In this document: positions 29,383 to 40,073 of the stretch, piece by piece | Layout: each line of letters starts with the position of its first letter | Numbering within the stretch: the first letter of the stretch is position 1 | From: Promethearchaeota archaeon | Lineage (GTDB): Archaea; Asgardarchaeota; Lokiarchaeia; Sigyniarchaeales; SOKP01 | DNA: 64,000 nt | Direction: 5' to 3' | NCBI GenBank assembly: GCA_016839705.1 | Contig: JAEOTR010000019.1 | Location: 1-64,000 of the forward strand | Made by a program: the position numbers and the translations under genes | Notes under the pieces: generated by a model | The model's input: only the letters and a program-made list of their open reading frames with translations | Told to the model about the DNA's origin: nothing | The model's database searches: none

Positions 29383-30500
29383 CTTTGTTCTAATATTTCC
29401 ATAAAAGTTTGAACACGAGTTTTCATAGATCCAGCACCACTTAACACATATTCTCTTTCTAATTCGAGAAATGGGATTCCTTCTTCTTTTAATTTATTAC
29501 GGAGCATAAAGATCTCCGCCCACCATAACGCACAAAACTTCATTCTTTGAAAAATAACACCCTCTACCTTAAAATCCTTAATCATTTTCAACATAAATTC
29601 AGATCTTTCATGTTGTCCCCCAGACATTCGCGGGCATGAGACTCTTGATAAATATCGTTCAGCTAAGGCATCAAGTGGATCTGATTCTTCATCAACTAAA
29701 TCCCAAAAGTATCGGGTTCCTAGACATAACGAATCTGTAACAATTAATCCACCCAGATCTTCTATTACTTTTAGATATTCTGGTTCATCAAGCAAACTTC
29801 CAACAACCATTAATCTAGCTCTGTGATCAGAACTACCTTCCACATTGTCAATATCCCTAAGTAGTTCTGTTAAAAGTTCATTAAATTGGTCCCTTGGAAT
29901 TGAAACCCCCGCAGAGATTACATTCAAAATATCTGTACCAGTAATAGGAGGGTCATCTTTCATTCTAAGTTTATATAACTCTTTAAGATGGGTACGGGAT
30001 TTGTTGTATTTCCTTATTGCATCTCTTAATTTTTCGTCAGTGATTGTGACATTGAAACTTTTTTCGATTATTTTTTTAAACTTAGATAACTCATGTCTAA
30101 ACCAATCTAATGTTGTTTCATTAACATTACCAGGCACACCCATAATATAGTGAAAGGGAAAAGGAGCTTTATACCTTATATTATCATATAGTCGTCGAAT
30201 CTGATCACAACAATTACAAGAGACAATACCGTCAAGAAAATTATACTCATTTCTATTTGCTAATTCAAGACAACACCTTGTAAAACTACATGCCGTTGGA
30301 GTCATATAGGCATCCCCCATCGGTGTATCAGTACAATCTCTTGCCCTAACTCTTACTGGTAAGATACCAGCAGCATAAATAATTTCCTCAGGGATATATG
30401 AGCAAAAATATCCTAAAATTTTCTTTCCCTCATTTTTCCATTGATCTATCCAAGGATTCATAAGGGGAATAGTCTTACTGAATTTTTCCATAACAGTCAT
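29379..30500 (-). CDS. 2-hydroxyacyl-CoA dehydratase beta-like subunit (HgdB/BcrC family)
   Basis: CSYIPEEIIYAAG, CCDQIRR, KFC, KTRVQTFME. Confidence 0.9.
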   Translation of the reverse strand: MTVMEKFSKTIPLMNPWIDQWKNEGKKILGYFCSYIPEEIIYAAGILPVRVRARDCTDTPMGDAYMTPTACSFTRCCLELANRNEYNFLDGIVSCNCCDQIRRLYDNIRYKAPFPFHYIMGVPGNVNETTLDWFRHELSKFKKIIEKSFNVTITDEKLRDAIRKYNKSRTHLKELYKLRMKDDPPITGTDILNVISAGVSIPRDQFNELLTELLRDIDNVEGSSDHRARLMVVGSLLDEPEYLKVIEDLGGLIVTDSLCLGTRYFWDLVDEESDPLDALAERYLSRVSCPRMSGGQHERSEFMLKMIKDFKVEGVIFQRMKFCALWWAEIFMLRNKLKEEGIPFLELEREYVLSGAGSMKTRVQTFMEILEQR

Positions 30501-30716
30501 TATTTCATCTCTGGTAAGTAACTAAGAAATCCATAATTCTTCAGGTTTCAGAAATCTAGGATTTATATTTAAAATGAAACTTTAATTATAAATTACGTTC
30601 TATAAGTTTAAAAAAGTAATGCAGTTCAGCGATGGTTTTTTTTTTTATAAAAAGAATTAAGTATTAAATTAAACATCATAATATAAATAAAATAAACAAA
30701 AGGGAAGAAAAGGAAG

Positions 30717-31496
30717 ATTAGTGATTATAAGCAAAATTTAGAAAAGATCAGAAATTTTATAAAAGAAGAATCTCAGAAAGGTAAAATAGTAGTAAAATAT
30801 CCACCACATCCTTCTCTTCCCGACTTCTTAAGTAATTTCAATATAAAAATCGAATTAGATAATTGTAAAGAGATAATTCTTCAAGAAGAAACTCAACTTG
30901 AATTAGGAGGGGCGACTAAAAAGTCATTTTCTTTGGTATATCCGATATCTGAGTCGGAGTCTTTAAACTTTATAAAAAGTAGAAGAATCACCTTAATAGG
31001 TCCTGAGATTAAAGAGATATCTACCCCCTCTGTTGATTTTGGCATGTTTATATTAATCGGAGGAAAGAGAATTTCAGAAAATGACTGGACTTCTCTAAGG
31101 CAATTTAATTTCATCTCTAATGGTATAGAAGGTTTTTCAATTAGATCGGTACCTCGTAGATTTTGGTGTAGAATCAACTCTAAGATTATTAAAAATAATT
31201 TTTCTTTTGAAATCTTAGGAAATGCGATTTTTTATTTATATACTCAAAAATTCAAGAACTTGATAGAAAATATAGAAATTTTGTTCATTGTTTCTTATCC
31301 TAACTTAATTGACCAGTTTATTAAAACAACATCAGATATTTCTGCCGATATAAATAAAAAGTGGAAGAGTAAAATAGATAAATGGAAGAAAAATATAGAT
31401 TGTGATTATGATTGGGGTTGTGAAATATGCCCCTACCGAGAAGAATGCTATAATATTAAAGAAGTTTTAGTTGAACGAGAAAGAATTGGAAATTAG
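30717..31496 (+). CDS. Stand-alone acetyl-CoA synthase beta (CdhC)-like domain protein with C-terminal Cys cluster
   Basis: Frame open from 30696; IILQEETQLELGG lies upstream of the track start 30933; EGFSIRSVPRRFWCRI; CDYDWGCEICPYREEC. Start ATT 30717 is inferred. Confidence 0.65.
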   Translation: MSDYKQNLEKIRNFIKEESQKGKIVVKYPPHPSLPDFLSNFNIKIELDNCKEIILQEETQLELGGATKKSFSLVYPISESESLNFIKSRRITLIGPEIKEISTPSVDFGMFILIGGKRISENDWTSLRQFNFISNGIEGFSIRSVPRRFWCRINSKIIKNNFSFEILGNAIFYLYTQKFKNLIENIEILFIVSYPNLIDQFIKTTSDISADINKKWKSKIDKWKKNIDCDYDWGCEICPYREECYNIKEVLVERERIGN

Positions 31497-31521
31497 TTTA
31501 CCATTAAAAAGTGGTAATTAA

Positions 31522-32319
31522 ATGGAACATAAAAAGCTTATAAAAAAACCATTAATCATAGCTGTTGTAGGAAAGGGGGGTGTTGGTAAATCAATTATCA
31601 CAGCCCTTCTTGCTAAAATTGTTTCACAGAACTATAATTTTAAAATGCTATTAATTGATGCCGATCCTACTCACCCACATTTAAGCAATATGGTTAAATT
31701 AATTCCAAAAATAAGTCTTGAAATGATTAGAATTGATGTAATAAATAAAACTTTAGATAAAGAAAAATCTATTCAAGAGTTAGCAGAAAATATTGATTTT
31801 GAAGTTTATAACGCAATAGTTGAAGGTAAAGATTTTAGTCTGATTTCTATTGGCCAACCAGAGGATCCAGGTTGTTTTTGCCCTTCAAATACGCTTTTAA
31901 GAAAAGTCATTGAGTCAATATCGAAAGATTTTGACATTATCTTAATAGATTGCGAGGCGGGTCTAGAACAAATCAATCGAATGGTAATAAAATCGGTAGA
32001 TATCATTTTAATTGTGTCAGACCTCTCAATAAGGAGTGTGGAAACCGCCAATACTCTACGAAAAAGTGCGAAGAAATTTACAAATTACAAAAAATTAGGG
32101 GTAATTCTCAATAAAGTTAAGGGTAACATTGAGCATATTGTCAATAAACTTGAAGAACTTAATTTGCCACTTCTAGCAAGAATTCCCGAAGATCCTAATA
32201 TTACAGAATTTGACGCAAAAGGAAGCCCGATAATCGATCTACCAAATAATTCAAAAAGTCTATCATCAATAAATAAGTTAGTGGAAAAAATGCTTAGTAG
32301 TAAATATTTGATGGAATAA
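31522..32319 (+). CDS. cooC: CooC/AcsF nickel-insertion ATPase
   Basis: GKGGVGKS, IDADP, GCFCP, DCEAGLE. Confidence 0.9.
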   Translation: MEHKKLIKKPLIIAVVGKGGVGKSIITALLAKIVSQNYNFKMLLIDADPTHPHLSNMVKLIPKISLEMIRIDVINKTLDKEKSIQELAENIDFEVYNAIVEGKDFSLISIGQPEDPGCFCPSNTLLRKVIESISKDFDIILIDCEAGLEQINRMVIKSVDIILIVSDLSIRSVETANTLRKSAKKFTNYKKLGVILNKVKGNIEHIVNKLEELNLPLLARIPEDPNITEFDAKGSPIIDLPNNSKSLSSINKLVEKMLSSKYLME

Positions 32320-32378
32320 AAACCTCTTTTTATTCTTTTGAAAAATAGAAAAAAAAAAATTTTAAATATATTGGTATT

Positions 32379-33410
32379 TCACATTCTAAAGGGAAGTTTT
32401 GCATCATCAGGTATTGTATCAATATATTTCTGTCGAAAATCTAAATCTATCATTGGACAATGCTCCGACAAACACTCATGACTATACATAGGATGGCTAA
32501 ACATTTTATCAAGAATTGTTTTAAAGGATTCTTCCCGGATATTTCCAAAAGAAAGGGGCATAAAACAGCAAGGTTGGACATCACCATAAGGTGAAATATA
32601 CATATACGCCTTATCAGCAACTCCTCTACATTGACTTGAATGTTGGGTCTGGAAATAAAAATCTCTGCAAACATAAGGAAAGTCTGTTAACGCCCAAACT
32701 TTTTCTTCCTCTTCAGGCGTTAATAATACATCGGTTTCATGTAACCACTTACCTGCAGGTGTTGGTAATAAATATCTTACTCCATGCGTACCCATATCTT
32801 TTGACATTTGAATAACCTTTTCAAAATCACCATTGGCTAAACTTTCTTTAGTCATGTAGGTAGAAATTACACATTTTAATCCTACATCAAGTGCATTTTT
32901 TATAGCGCCCACAGCCTTGTCAAAACATCCTTTTACTCCACGATATTCATCATGTAATTCTGGAACGGGACTATCTATACTTACATAGAGTAGCTCCAAA
33001 CCACTATCTTTTAACCGTTGGGCGTAATCTTTCGTTACAACTAGACCATTAGTGTCTGTAAATACATACATTGATCTTTCTGAAGCATATTCTATTAGTT
33101 CCATTATATCTGGTCTTAATGTTGGTTCGCCACCAAAAAAATTAACTATTAGAGGTTTAGCAGCTTGATCTAATACATCTTTTATCTCTTCTGTAGTAAG
33201 ATCTCGATGCTTTTCTTTTACGTAATTACCAGTACAACAATGTCTACAACTACACTGACATTCATAAGTGATACCAAACATCAAATAAAACACTGGTCCT
33301 GCCTCAGAATTAATCCACTTAGTCAATTTTGCCGGATCGACAGTTAGGGGAAGTTTTAAAAAAGTTTCGGCCATTTCTGGCAAATCATTAGATTCCATTT
33401 TTTCCATCAA
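32379..33410 (-). CDS. Radical SAM protein with SPASM/twitch domain
   Basis: CQCSCRHC, GGEP, YISPYGDVQPCC. Confidence 0.92.
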   Translation of the reverse strand: MMEKMESNDLPEMAETFLKLPLTVDPAKLTKWINSEAGPVFYLMFGITYECQCSCRHCCTGNYVKEKHRDLTTEEIKDVLDQAAKPLIVNFFGGEPTLRPDIMELIEYASERSMYVFTDTNGLVVTKDYAQRLKDSGLELLYVSIDSPVPELHDEYRGVKGCFDKAVGAIKNALDVGLKCVISTYMTKESLANGDFEKVIQMSKDMGTHGVRYLLPTPAGKWLHETDVLLTPEEEEKVWALTDFPYVCRDFYFQTQHSSQCRGVADKAYMYISPYGDVQPCCFMPLSFGNIREESFKTILDKMFSHPMYSHECLSEHCPMIDLDFRQKYIDTIPDDAKLPFRM

Positions 33411-33682
33411 CCTTCAATTATTTAATTTCTTAAATTAATCATTAATTGGATTATGTTTTATTGATTAGTGTTTGAAATTTAAGACAAATGAGTATTTATA
33501 CCTTATTATCTTTACTCTATTGTCAAGATTTAGTTTCTAAATTTTAAGGAATTTAGCAATCTATTATACTTTAATTTGGGGAGGAATTCGTCGATTTATT
33601 AGAATGAGAAATGAGGGAGTTTAAATATTCAGATTAAGATTTATTTCAAACTCTTGAATAATATATCTAATCTATTATACTG

Positions 33683-34243
33683 ATGTTGGTGCCGACAACT
33701 ACTAAAAAAATCGAAGTAATATGCCCCATTTGTAAAACTAGGGATCTTATAGGTATCCCTGGAAAAAGAATTATAAATAGTTCACATTTAACAACAATTT
33801 CAATCCAGAAGGGATTAATTTGCCCTCATCATTTTCAAATTTTCGTCGATAAGAACCTACAAGTTCGTGGTTATCAGAAAGTAGATTTTGAATTAAACCA
33901 CGATAATTCAATAGAATTAAGGAATGGAATAAAAGCATTTAATCAAAAGGAAGAGAAACAAAGTAACCTTTTTGAAAATATTACCCTTGATGATAAATCA
34001 GTAAAAATTAACGCATTCAATAGTGTTAATAAAGTTAAAGACAGTGATTTACAACATGAAAATATCTCAAAACGCAAAGTTGCGACTTTAAAAGACATTT
34101 ATGAAGAATTTTGGGAATTTATTGATGACGATAATGAAAAATTTCATGTTTTTATTAAAAAAGATAAAAAGCGCAAGAAATTATCAATTGATCCAAATAG
34201 AAACGAATATTATAATCCTTTAGAATTAGAGCAAGAAATTTGA
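33683..34243 (+). CDS. Hypothetical protein with N-terminal zinc finger
   Basis: CPIC..ICPHHFQIFVDKN..VRGYQ. Confidence 0.6.
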   Translation: MLVPTTTKKIEVICPICKTRDLIGIPGKRIINSSHLTTISIQKGLICPHHFQIFVDKNLQVRGYQKVDFELNHDNSIELRNGIKAFNQKEEKQSNLFENITLDDKSVKINAFNSVNKVKDSDLQHENISKRKVATLKDIYEEFWEFIDDDNEKFHVFIKKDKKRKKLSIDPNRNEYYNPLELEQEI

Positions 34244-34368
34244 TTAGGAAATTCTTTTTTTTTAATCTCCTTTTGAGATAACACAATTTTAGGAATTGAA
34301 AGATTTAAGTAGAATTGATTTTACAATTATTAAAAAAATTGGTTTAGAGTGAAGAAAATTGTAAAAAA

Positions 34369-34971
34369 TTATTTTTGCATAGCTTTTGTAAAGACCATCT
34401 CATCACTAATTACTTGCCAGGTTCTCCAACCATTTGCGACTTTTTCTTTGACTTCTTTAATAAAAGAATCATAACCAATTTCTTGACATCTTTTTAAATT
34501 GTTGCAGGTATCTCTACTATATCTTGTGCAAATTAATTTAGTCATTTGACCCGGATCTGCCATTGGCATCGGATTGTTTCCCACATTAGGACATGGATTA
34601 TCTTCAGAGGAATTATAATCGTCACATTCAGCACAAGTCCAATAACCCTTACTTTTAACACATTTTGAAATACCACAGAATTGACCAGCAAACCCTCCGA
34701 TATAACACCCTGGACACTTTCCTCTCTCACCACTTTCTATTACTTTATTTAACACTTCTAATGTAACATTGATCTCTTCTGGATTTAGCCCCATTGTAAT
34801 CCCAGAATCCTTTAAATTGCCACCTTCCCAAATATTTTTCAATTTTATTGCTGCTTCTAAACCTTCTCCAGTATGGCCATCACATCCTAAGCATACAATG
34901 CCGCATGGCGCGATAATACCTCTATCTTCTTCCTTTACATCATCTAGTTTCAAATTCAATTTTTCCACCAA
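34369..34971 (-). CDS. DUF3795-like Cys-rich protein
   Basis: IAPCGIVCLGC, CPGC, C..CV..KG..TCAECDDY..PC. Confidence 0.8.
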   Translation of the reverse strand: MVEKLNLKLDDVKEEDRGIIAPCGIVCLGCDGHTGEGLEAAIKLKNIWEGGNLKDSGITMGLNPEEINVTLEVLNKVIESGERGKCPGCYIGGFAGQFCGISKCVKSKGYWTCAECDDYNSSEDNPCPNVGNNPMPMADPGQMTKLICTRYSRDTCNNLKRCQEIGYDSFIKEVKEKVANGWRTWQVISDEMVFTKAMQK

Positions 34972-35316
34972 CTAAGAATTTCAGCTTGATTGAATAATAA
35001 ATTAAACCATACTTTTTTTATAAAGACATAGTCTCTTTCAAAATTTATATAAAAGAATTTTCATCTTTTTTTTTATTGATTGAATAATCTTTACTGTTAC
35101 CTTCCAGTTCAAATTTTCAGAGATTTTCAAAACTGTTTTATGTTTTATGTCTCCTATGACTGACTAATTGATTTTTAGAATACATACCTATTCTTAATAA
35201 GAAAAAATCTTAGTTTGAATACAAAAGATATAAGAAAATTTAAAATTCAGTACTTAATTCTCAAAATTATTAAATTATTTTATAATAAAACTATAAAAAA
35301 TAGATAAATTAAAAGG

Positions 35317-36807
35317 TTGGAAAATATGAGCTATAAATTACCAGATGAAAAAGATTTAGAAGCTATGATTGGTATTGTCGGCAAGGAATACGCTACAAAC
35401 AACAAGGCTATTACCGCTTCTTACTTATCAAAATCGGTTATGGGATTAGAATCACAGATTCCAGATATTGTAATCCGACCGAAATATGTAGAAGAGATTC
35501 GTAAAATCTTAATATATTGCACCCAAGAAAAAATTGCAGTTAGCCCTATTTCGGGGGGATTATCAGGGGGATTTGCGTGTCCAACGATTAAACCTGGAGG
35601 GGTTTTACTCGATTTAGGGAGAATGAATCGAATTATTGAAATTGATGAAGAAAACCGCTTTTGCATCATAGAACCGGGAGTTACCAATGGTGAACTTTGG
35701 GCTTATATGCATAAATATCATCCAGAGTGGGCGCCTCCTATACCTGATGGCGCACCTCCAGCAGCAACAGTTATGGGTGATGCTATTGATAGAGGGTTTT
35801 CACTTTATACATCAAGTGTCGGTCCTCAAGGGGATAACTTTATGTGTGGGGAAATTGTCTTTCCTAATGGCGATGTTGTACGGACTGGTTCTTGGGCACT
35901 ACCTTTTGCGAAACCTTTCTATAAATATGGTTTGGGTCCTGATATGTGGAGTTTTTTAATGGGATCTCAAGGTTCTTTTGGTGTAATAACTAAAGCTGCA
36001 GTTAAAATTTATCCACACCCTAAATTTAAAACAGTAGTCGTCTGGGGTATGGATAACCCTTACGATATGCAAGATCTAACTCTTGAGGTTGGTAAACAAG
36101 AATTTGGTATATCCCACAACACTGTAATGGTTCAAGGAGGGAATTATCCTCTTGTTATGGCTCGATGGCCAAAGGATAAAGTTCCACATAACTACGATTT
36201 CTATAAAGAAATAGGAATTTCTCAATGGTGGATGAATTGGGAGTGTTGGGCACAGACACAGGAGGAATTGGATTATGTAACTAATAGAATTGATAAAATG
36301 GCCGAGGACTTTAAGAAAAGAGCAAAAAGTCCTGATGCAATTATAAAACAAGAACTACATCCTAAACAAATCGCAAGCAGGATGAAAAAGCCAAACAAGA
36401 TTGCTATTTCATACAGTTTCTGGGAAGCGGGATTTCTGTTTATTACTTGGTATACCCCATGGAATGAATCAGCACATTTCGCCGAGATGTACACTAAGGC
36501 TATGGAAAAGTATGGATTTCCACCAGTAATGTGGATTGCTAGTATTGAGCGATGTAGACAAGCTATATGTATGCCTATCATTTGTTTTGATAGTACGGAC
36601 CCCAAAAACCTTGAGAAGGTTCAGGAATTGAATAGAGAAACTACGGAATATGCGTTAAAACAAGGATGGTTAAATTATAGACCTGATCCGTACATTCATG
36701 TGCAAGCTTATTACCAAGCTGCAATGTACTGGAAATATTTACGTGCTTTTAAAAAGCTTGTAGATCCTAATATGATAATGCATCCAGGAAGACTCGCTCT
36801 TCCATAA
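35317..36807 (+). CDS. FAD-binding oxidoreductase (GlcD/VAO family)
   Basis: LLDLGRMN, GSQGSFGVIT, VDPNMIMHPG. Confidence 0.9.
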   Translation: MENMSYKLPDEKDLEAMIGIVGKEYATNNKAITASYLSKSVMGLESQIPDIVIRPKYVEEIRKILIYCTQEKIAVSPISGGLSGGFACPTIKPGGVLLDLGRMNRIIEIDEENRFCIIEPGVTNGELWAYMHKYHPEWAPPIPDGAPPAATVMGDAIDRGFSLYTSSVGPQGDNFMCGEIVFPNGDVVRTGSWALPFAKPFYKYGLGPDMWSFLMGSQGSFGVITKAAVKIYPHPKFKTVVVWGMDNPYDMQDLTLEVGKQEFGISHNTVMVQGGNYPLVMARWPKDKVPHNYDFYKEIGISQWWMNWECWAQTQEELDYVTNRIDKMAEDFKKRAKSPDAIIKQELHPKQIASRMKKPNKIAISYSFWEAGFLFITWYTPWNESAHFAEMYTKAMEKYGFPPVMWIASIERCRQAICMPIICFDSTDPKNLEKVQELNRETTEYALKQGWLNYRPDPYIHVQAYYQAAMYWKYLRAFKKLVDPNMIMHPGRLALP

Positions 36808-36826
36808 ATAAAGGAGGGAAAAAAAA

Positions 36827-38227
36827 ATGGCAAAAACTGGAATGGATAGGCTCGAAGAGCTTAAAATGGATATTTTTAAATGTATTCACTGTAAAGCATG
36901 TAGATCCGCTTACAGTGGTGAACCGGATAGAGAAGGCATTGGTGAGTTTGCTGGTAAGCAAGGAACTGTACTATATGAAGGTATAGTAGATGCTTGTCCA
37001 GCTGGTATTGAATATGGGTGGGAAGCCTTTTGGAATGCAGGAAAGATGTGGATCGCTCGTGCTATCTTAACTGGTGACTTAGAAATGACTGAAGAAGTTA
37101 GAGATGTTATTTTACCATGTATTACCTGTGGTCAGTGTTCAGCTCAATGTGAAAATAAAATTCGTACTGTCGATATTATTGAGGCTTTAAGAGCAGCCTG
37201 TATTGAGTCAGGAGTGCCGATGATTGAAAAACACGAATTAGTAGACAACTTAGTAAAAGAGCGAAATAATCCATATGGCGGAGCTGCTGTTGATAGATTT
37301 AAATGGGCTAAAGAGGCTGGCTTGGAAAAGTTTATCGATAATAAAGATGCGAAAATTGCTTATTATGTCGGATGTACTGCGAGTTATCGGCAAATAGAAG
37401 TTGCGATAGCGACTGCTAAGTTATTTGAATTATTAGGTATGAATTTCACATTAGTTGCCGATGAAGTTTGTTGCGGAAGTCCATTTTTCAGGATAGGAGC
37501 AGTTGATACCGCACAGGGATTAATGAGGAAAAATCTTGAAGCTTTTAAGAATGTAGAAATGGTTTACTTCAGCTGTGCTGGGTGTTATCGAACTATTACT
37601 ATTGATTACCCAAAATGGATGGCTGAAGACGAAGAACTTCCTTTTAAAACTGAACATGCATTTGAACTAGTAGCAAGATTAGTCCAACAAGAGAAAATCA
37701 AATTCAAACCTAATAAGGAATTAAAGGGTAAAGTGGTAACATACCATGATCCTTGTCACACTGGTAGACATTTTGCAGTTGATATGGAACAAGAGATGAT
37801 TGAGAAATCAGAAAATCTAATGATGGATAGTAGAAAAATTAAGAACAAAATCGAAGAATGGTATGAAGTTCCACGTATAATTCTTAGAAAACTTGAAGAA
37901 AATGTAGGAATTAAATTTGAAGAGATGTACCGCATAAAGCTTGATAGCATGTGTTGTGGAGCTGGTGGAGGCGTGAGGGCAGGGTATCCTGAATTTTCTC
38001 TTAGAACCGCAAGTCTTCGATGTGATGAAGCGAATGCAGTAGGTGCGGACATTTTAACAACCGAATGCCCATTCTGTTGGAGAAATCTTTACGATGCTAA
38101 TGAACAATACAATCATGGTATGGTTGTAATGGGAATTCTTCAAATGATTACAGAATATAATCTCTTAGATATTACAGAAAAGCCGAACGAAGAAGACTTT
38201 TTAACACCATCGATTAGGGAAAATTAA
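36827..38227 (+). CDS. HdrD/GlpC-like Fe-S oxidoreductase
   Basis: CIHCKAC, CITCGQC, two CCG domains; SD ggagg upstream. Confidence 0.92.
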   Translation: MAKTGMDRLEELKMDIFKCIHCKACRSAYSGEPDREGIGEFAGKQGTVLYEGIVDACPAGIEYGWEAFWNAGKMWIARAILTGDLEMTEEVRDVILPCITCGQCSAQCENKIRTVDIIEALRAACIESGVPMIEKHELVDNLVKERNNPYGGAAVDRFKWAKEAGLEKFIDNKDAKIAYYVGCTASYRQIEVAIATAKLFELLGMNFTLVADEVCCGSPFFRIGAVDTAQGLMRKNLEAFKNVEMVYFSCAGCYRTITIDYPKWMAEDEELPFKTEHAFELVARLVQQEKIKFKPNKELKGKVVTYHDPCHTGRHFAVDMEQEMIEKSENLMMDSRKIKNKIEEWYEVPRIILRKLEENVGIKFEEMYRIKLDSMCCGAGGGVRAGYPEFSLRTASLRCDEANAVGADILTTECPFCWRNLYDANEQYNHGMVVMGILQMITEYNLLDITEKPNEEDFLTPSIREN

Positions 38228-38434
38228 GGAAAAAATCAAAAAAATGAGTGAATAGCTCATTATAATCTTATTTCTTTTTTAAAATTTCTAAACATTTAAT
38301 ACTTCTATTCTCAAAATTTATATTTCAGATTAATTTCTATTTTGAGGTTATTTCTATAGAAAGTATTGAAATAAATAAAACAAATTTATAAGCCCAACTA
38401 GCTTTATTTTTAATTAATTACACTAAATACTATT

Positions 38435-39925
38435 TTGTCAAGTAATTTTATGAATATAAAAAAAATAGCACCAATTATCGTTATCGGGATAATTGCAGTT
38501 TTAGTTATTGCTCTAATTATTGTATTTCTACCACCGGGATCAACACCAGCCCCCGGTTCTAAGAAAGCAATCATATTGGGAAGTGCAAATGATTTTTTTA
38601 GAAAAGATGGAGAACCAGATTTTAACGATGGGCATGATGCAAAATTTTCTAATGAATCAGCTCAATTCAATTGGTCAGGAAGTTGGAATACAAATGGAAC
38701 GGGATGGATGGATGAACATGGAATTGGCCATAATTCATCTGGATTTATAGCGTTAGCGGCTTTGGGTGGAGGAGGCTATGTAAATATGGAATGGGTATAC
38801 AACTGGACAGACTTCTATACATTGCTTAAATTTGCTGTATATAATTTTTCTGCCTGGATTAACGTCACAACTAATGCTTGGACTCCTACTATAATAAATA
38901 TTCCCCCAGGAACAGGAGCTAGAATAGGGTTACGTTGGTTAAATTCTAGTAACGGGATTGTTAGAACAGATTGGTCAATGGGGATAATTGGATTGACTCC
39001 CGGGTGGAATTTTCTAAATGTAACCGGTATAGCTGATAATTCCACACCTAACGAAATTACTCAATTACAATTGGTTTTAGCAGTTGAAGGGATTATGCTT
39101 CCTTGGGACATGGTGCTTTTTGATGATCTTAACATAGAATATTGGTTTCCACCACCAATTCCAAGTCCACTCCCCAGCAATATTGATACCGATGGTTTCC
39201 CTGCTCAAGCACTTCACGTCTATTGGGTTCTAAGGAATAATGGGTACGCGAATGATAATATATTCTTAATGCTCTATCATAAAGATGATCCAACAATAGA
39301 TATCTATGTAAACGATTCAATATCAAATGATTTGCCCGAAGCAATTGTTGATGTGGAAGATGATAATGTGACTGCAAATAGGTTTAAACAAGAACTAAAT
39401 ATCTCAATCTCGGGTTCATTTGCCTCAGGAATACAAGCTAAAGATGAATTAATCATTTTTATCACAGACCATGGTTCAAATAAAGTGTCTAGTGATGGGA
39501 ATGCTACATTTCATTTCGAGGCGGATGACAGCTATATTACAGAAGGAGAATTCTTTAACTTAGTTAAACAGATAAGCTGTGCACGTATGTTAATAAATAT
39601 TGATATGTGTTTCAGTGGTAATTTTCTAAATGAAAATGCGAACATAGGGTCAAGTTGGTATAATATACCTAACTCCATATTGATCTCCTCAACAACAGAT
39701 CTGCTGTCATGGTATTGGAGAGATAATAATAATGCCGATGGGTTTGCGGGATCATGGTTTTTTCATCAATTTTGGGAGCAAATAAATCAAAGTCAAACAG
39801 TTGGCGATGCTTTTACTAATGCAAAAAATTTTGTTCCCGCTGGTCAAGTGAACTCCATAGATGATATCCAAACACCTTTAATCCAAGACAATTTGGGGAT
39901 AAAAGATACTTGGGTTTTAATCTAA
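38435..39925 (+). CDS. Membrane-anchored C13 (legumain/GPI8-like, clan CD) peptidase with inserted carbohydrate-binding-like domain
   Basis: N-terminal TM; KKAIILG first strand; Trp/Asn-rich insert ending FDDLNI; FITDHG and INIDMCFSG His-Cys dyad. Confidence 0.75.
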   Translation: MSSNFMNIKKIAPIIVIGIIAVLVIALIIVFLPPGSTPAPGSKKAIILGSANDFFRKDGEPDFNDGHDAKFSNESAQFNWSGSWNTNGTGWMDEHGIGHNSSGFIALAALGGGGYVNMEWVYNWTDFYTLLKFAVYNFSAWINVTTNAWTPTIINIPPGTGARIGLRWLNSSNGIVRTDWSMGIIGLTPGWNFLNVTGIADNSTPNEITQLQLVLAVEGIMLPWDMVLFDDLNIEYWFPPPIPSPLPSNIDTDGFPAQALHVYWVLRNNGYANDNIFLMLYHKDDPTIDIYVNDSISNDLPEAIVDVEDDNVTANRFKQELNISISGSFASGIQAKDELIIFITDHGSNKVSSDGNATFHFEADDSYITEGEFFNLVKQISCARMLINIDMCFSGNFLNENANIGSSWYNIPNSILISSTTDLLSWYWRDNNNADGFAGSWFFHQFWEQINQSQTVGDAFTNAKNFVPAGQVNSIDDIQTPLIQDNLGIKDTWVLI

Positions 39926-40073
39926 AACTAAATTATACTGAAATTTAAACATACAATTAATTTCAAAATTTTATTAAATAATCCAAATTCCAACTCTGAT
40001 ATTTTTTTGGCTTAAAATTTAAATTTGACTTAGGATTTATTCTAACTTAATATTAAATCAGCAAACAACAATC

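Noticed and set aside
25920-30500. Class I benzoyl-CoA reductase
   Set aside because: Only one ATPase subunit rather than a BcrA/BcrD pair and no ring-cleavage genes nearby; not fully excluded.
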